Below are positions 61,255 through 64,000 of a DNA stretch of 64,000 nt, piece by piece. Position 1 is the stretch's first letter. Each line of letters begins with the position of its first letter. The DNA is from Thalia democratica (lineage: Eukaryota), in NCBI GenBank assembly GCA_965202585.1, contig OZ241829.1, positions 21,948,001 through 22,012,000 on the forward strand, given 5' to 3'. The notes under the pieces were generated by a model. It made no database searches and was not told the origin of the DNA. It saw only the letters and a program-made list of their open reading frames with translations. A program made the position numbers and the translations under genes.

Positions 61255-62330
61255 AATGACAACAGTCTAGTTCGAATAATGAAGTTTACTGTCAATTAAA
61301 CAGCGTATCTATGCGATCACCTTTAGGCCCAACACTTGCAACCTTTTTGTCGGATGTTTAGAATTTAAGATTGTTGAAGAATTGTTGTCACAGGTTGCCT
61401 ACGTTACATACGTTGATGATTGTTTAGCTTTATCCAAAACAGAAAATGAAAACAAAGCTATATTTTAAAAATTAAGTAACTGGAAGAAAACAACCAATTG
61501 CTATTCTAAGATATATTGAATTTTAAAAATGAAACAAAACTTTTAACGAATGACTATAGTAAAAAAACTATCAATGGGGAGTATTTACACTAACAATCTT
61601 TTTGCAGTAGGAAGAAAAAAGTAAACTTAATAAAAACACTATACCATAGAGCTTACAAGTTTTGCTCTAAAGAACTGCTTCGTTCTAAGGTGGAGAAAAT
61701 AAAAGACACTCGAATAAAAGATGGATACTCACCAGATTTGATAAAGAGGGTTTTAAAATCACACGATAAATACTTAAACATACCTAAGTCATACGGACCA
61801 GAAAAGTTCCCAGCAGTTTTGAAACTACTATAAATTGGAAAAACATCACGTTTGTATTAGAATAGAGTAATAAACTTAACAAAACAACGTACAATCAAGT
61901 TAATTTAAGAATTATGTTTGTCTCGAAACCAGTATTAAAAGTGCAGTTGAAGGACTCGATACCAGATTTAAGCAAAAGTTGTATGGTATACAAACTCAAT
62001 TACTGCTGTGAAAGAAGCTAAATTGGTTAAAAGTCAAGACGTATTAAAACCAGGATCAAGAAACATTTCTCGCATGCGTGATGAAGTTAATAGAAGAATC
62101 TGAAATTAAGACGGCAGCAACCAAAAACGCAGCTAAAATATCTTTAATTGCAAAACATTTAATAGATAGTAGAGATTGTGCTTAGAAATATGAGACACCA
62201 TGATTTAAAATAATTGATCACTGTAGTATTGTTTTTTACCGCGTGAAGTTAGAGGATATCTTTATATTATTAAATAAACAACAATAGTGTAAAAAGAGTT
62301 TGATTACAAAGTGTCTATTATTATTTTATT
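61255..62330 (+). mobile_element. 5'-truncated degenerate Penelope-like element (RT + GIY-YIG endonuclease)
   Basis: NNEVYCQLNSVSMRSPLGPTLA, VAYVTYVDDCLA, RKKVNLIKTLYHRAYKFCSKELL, KDGYSPDL, SCMVYKLNYCCERS..RIKTRIKKH and IAKHLID. Confidence 0.9.
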
Positions 62331-62749
62331 ATTGTTGTTATTATACTGTTTATTTTGCATTTTGGACTTAGCCATCAAAACCTGAGCAACTTATACAAGA
62401 CACACAATGAGAATAACAAAAGTAAAAACATTTATATTCAATACAAAATAAACAAAACATCAAACATAGTTGAATTTTTCAAAACTCATCAACAAGGTTA
62501 AACTTATTTGATTGATATAAAAGGCGGTAACTTAGTACACACAAAATCATTTGTACGAAAGTAGTTATACTAAATTAATATTCTGTCAGGGAGGAGGCGT
62601 AGGGAAATAAAACTAATTAAAATTACAAATAGGAAAATGAAGAAATCGGTAGCTAATATAAATTACATAAGTATTATAGAAATCTTTATTTATTGTTTTC
62701 TGTACTGTTTTTGTGAAAATTTGATGATTTTTACTGATATTTATACTAT

Positions 62750-62864
62750 TCAAATTGAATGTTTTTAGTTTTAATCGAACATGTTCTACCCTCTCACACG
62801 ATACTACATCATGTGGTAATTTGAGCCACACAGTCTCTACTCTTTGAAAAAATGAACCTTGCAA
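62750..62864 (-). mobile_element. Possible 3' end fragment of a CR1/L2-type LINE ORF2
   Basis: FFQRVETVWLKLPHDVVSCERVEHVRLKL resembles the FF..RV...WN.LP..VV.......FK..L C-terminal motif. Confidence 0.45.
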
Positions 62865-64000
62865 CTAACTATTCTTAAAATTATTTTTACGTTTTATTTT
62901 TTTGCTATTTCCTCTTAATTGATGTTTATTATGGGAAAAACTGAAAAATATGCTTAAAAAAGCGTTTTATTTCCCATTAATAATTTCGTACAGCATAAAT
63001 AAATCAAATTCATACTTTCTATAATCTATACTCTAGAGATCTCAATCCGAGTTTAACCAATCTTTCATTATATGATGAATGGGATATGTTACAACGACTA
63101 CATATCAAACGGGTAAAAACCTTTGCACAGACTCAATTTTTTCAATATCTTTTTTTTTTTAAAGTGACCAATTTTGTATGTCGTATTCAAGTTTGGGACG
63201 GACGTATAATTTAAAAAGCTTTTTTAGAATAGTAGCTGAGTTAGTTTTAAAACTTTTAATATTTGATAGGATGAAACTTGTGCAACATTGTATAAAAAGT
63301 TTATGTGTTCGTCTCATTTTAAATTTTTGGAGATGTAAATTCCTAAATCCTTAAAAAGTTTTACTGATGGTATCGTAGTTTTATTGAAAAATAGGACAAT
63401 CGGGTCAAACAATTTGTTTTTCTTAATAGTTAGAATCTTACACTTGGTAGGATTTAAATCGAGTTTTCTGAATTTCAACCATTTGTAGATTTTATCTAGA
63501 GTATATTGTAAAGAGATATTTGAGTCACTAAAGATTTTTGTATTGTCTGAAAAAAAATCATATCACTTAGATATCAATGTTTGAACTTATGTCATTAATG
63601 TAAATAAATATACATACATATAAATATAATTGTTATATACTTAAACTAGATAATTTTTCTACCTTAAGTAGTATCTTAGTTTAAATAATGATTACTTTAC
63701 ACTGATTATTTATTACTCTTACTTAATACTTTGTTAATTGTTATTAGTAAGAGCTGTAATAGACTGCTGCATATAACTTGCATTATTTATTGTTTAAGTC
63801 AACCCTGAGTACAAGAGCCAGACAAAAAAGTGCCATATTCGAACACTGATGCAATGTTTCTTAAGAAACAAAACAAATATACATCTTGATGTTTTGCAGT
63901 TAGTGTGTTCAGCTGGGGAGAAGTAACTACAGTAAGAATCTTGTATAAAATATAGTTGTTGTAATAGTATATAGATGTAAGTATTGTTTAAATACAAAGT

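Noticed and set aside
7700-63997. Remaining 60-90 aa ORFs rich in F/L/I/K/N (e.g. 9035, 10879, 16984, 17457, 35658, 37599, 63794)
   Set aside because: Composition expected from random AT-rich DNA or antisense shadows; frames are not conserved between duplicated copies.
1-64000. CRISPR array, tRNA, rRNA or telomeric repeat
   Set aside because: No regularly spaced short repeats, cloverleaf or rRNA-like sequence was seen.

Overview
AT-rich animal (metazoan) nuclear DNA with GT-AG introns; no prokaryotic features, rRNA, tRNA or CRISPR seen. About 1-54 kb is a mosaic of direct and inverted segmental duplications. These carry (i) six copies of an intronless gene family of unknown function ('family A': N-terminal signal anchor, low-complexity linker, conserved helical C-terminal domain; one clean ORF, one broken only in an A11 run, four disrupted) and (ii) three copies plus a fragment of a multi-exon chromodomain/coiled-coil gene (one fully reconstructable, 221 aa). 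Also present: a stand-alone ORF resembling only domain 3 of Pelota/eRF1; a spliced gene for a secreted Sushi+Ig protein (about 340 aa) missed by the ORF track, with an orphan copy of its 3' exons; an LDLa-repeat pseudogene; Penelope-like (RT+GIY-YIG), LINE and DNA-transposon remnants. The most notable find is a ~245-bp insertion in the chromodomain gene intron (two copies) holding minimal hammerhead ribozyme motifs on both strands. The antisense core is intact; the core in the host-gene sense carries the classic inactivating G5A change. All alignments and exon models were made by eye, so duplication and transposon boundaries are approximate.
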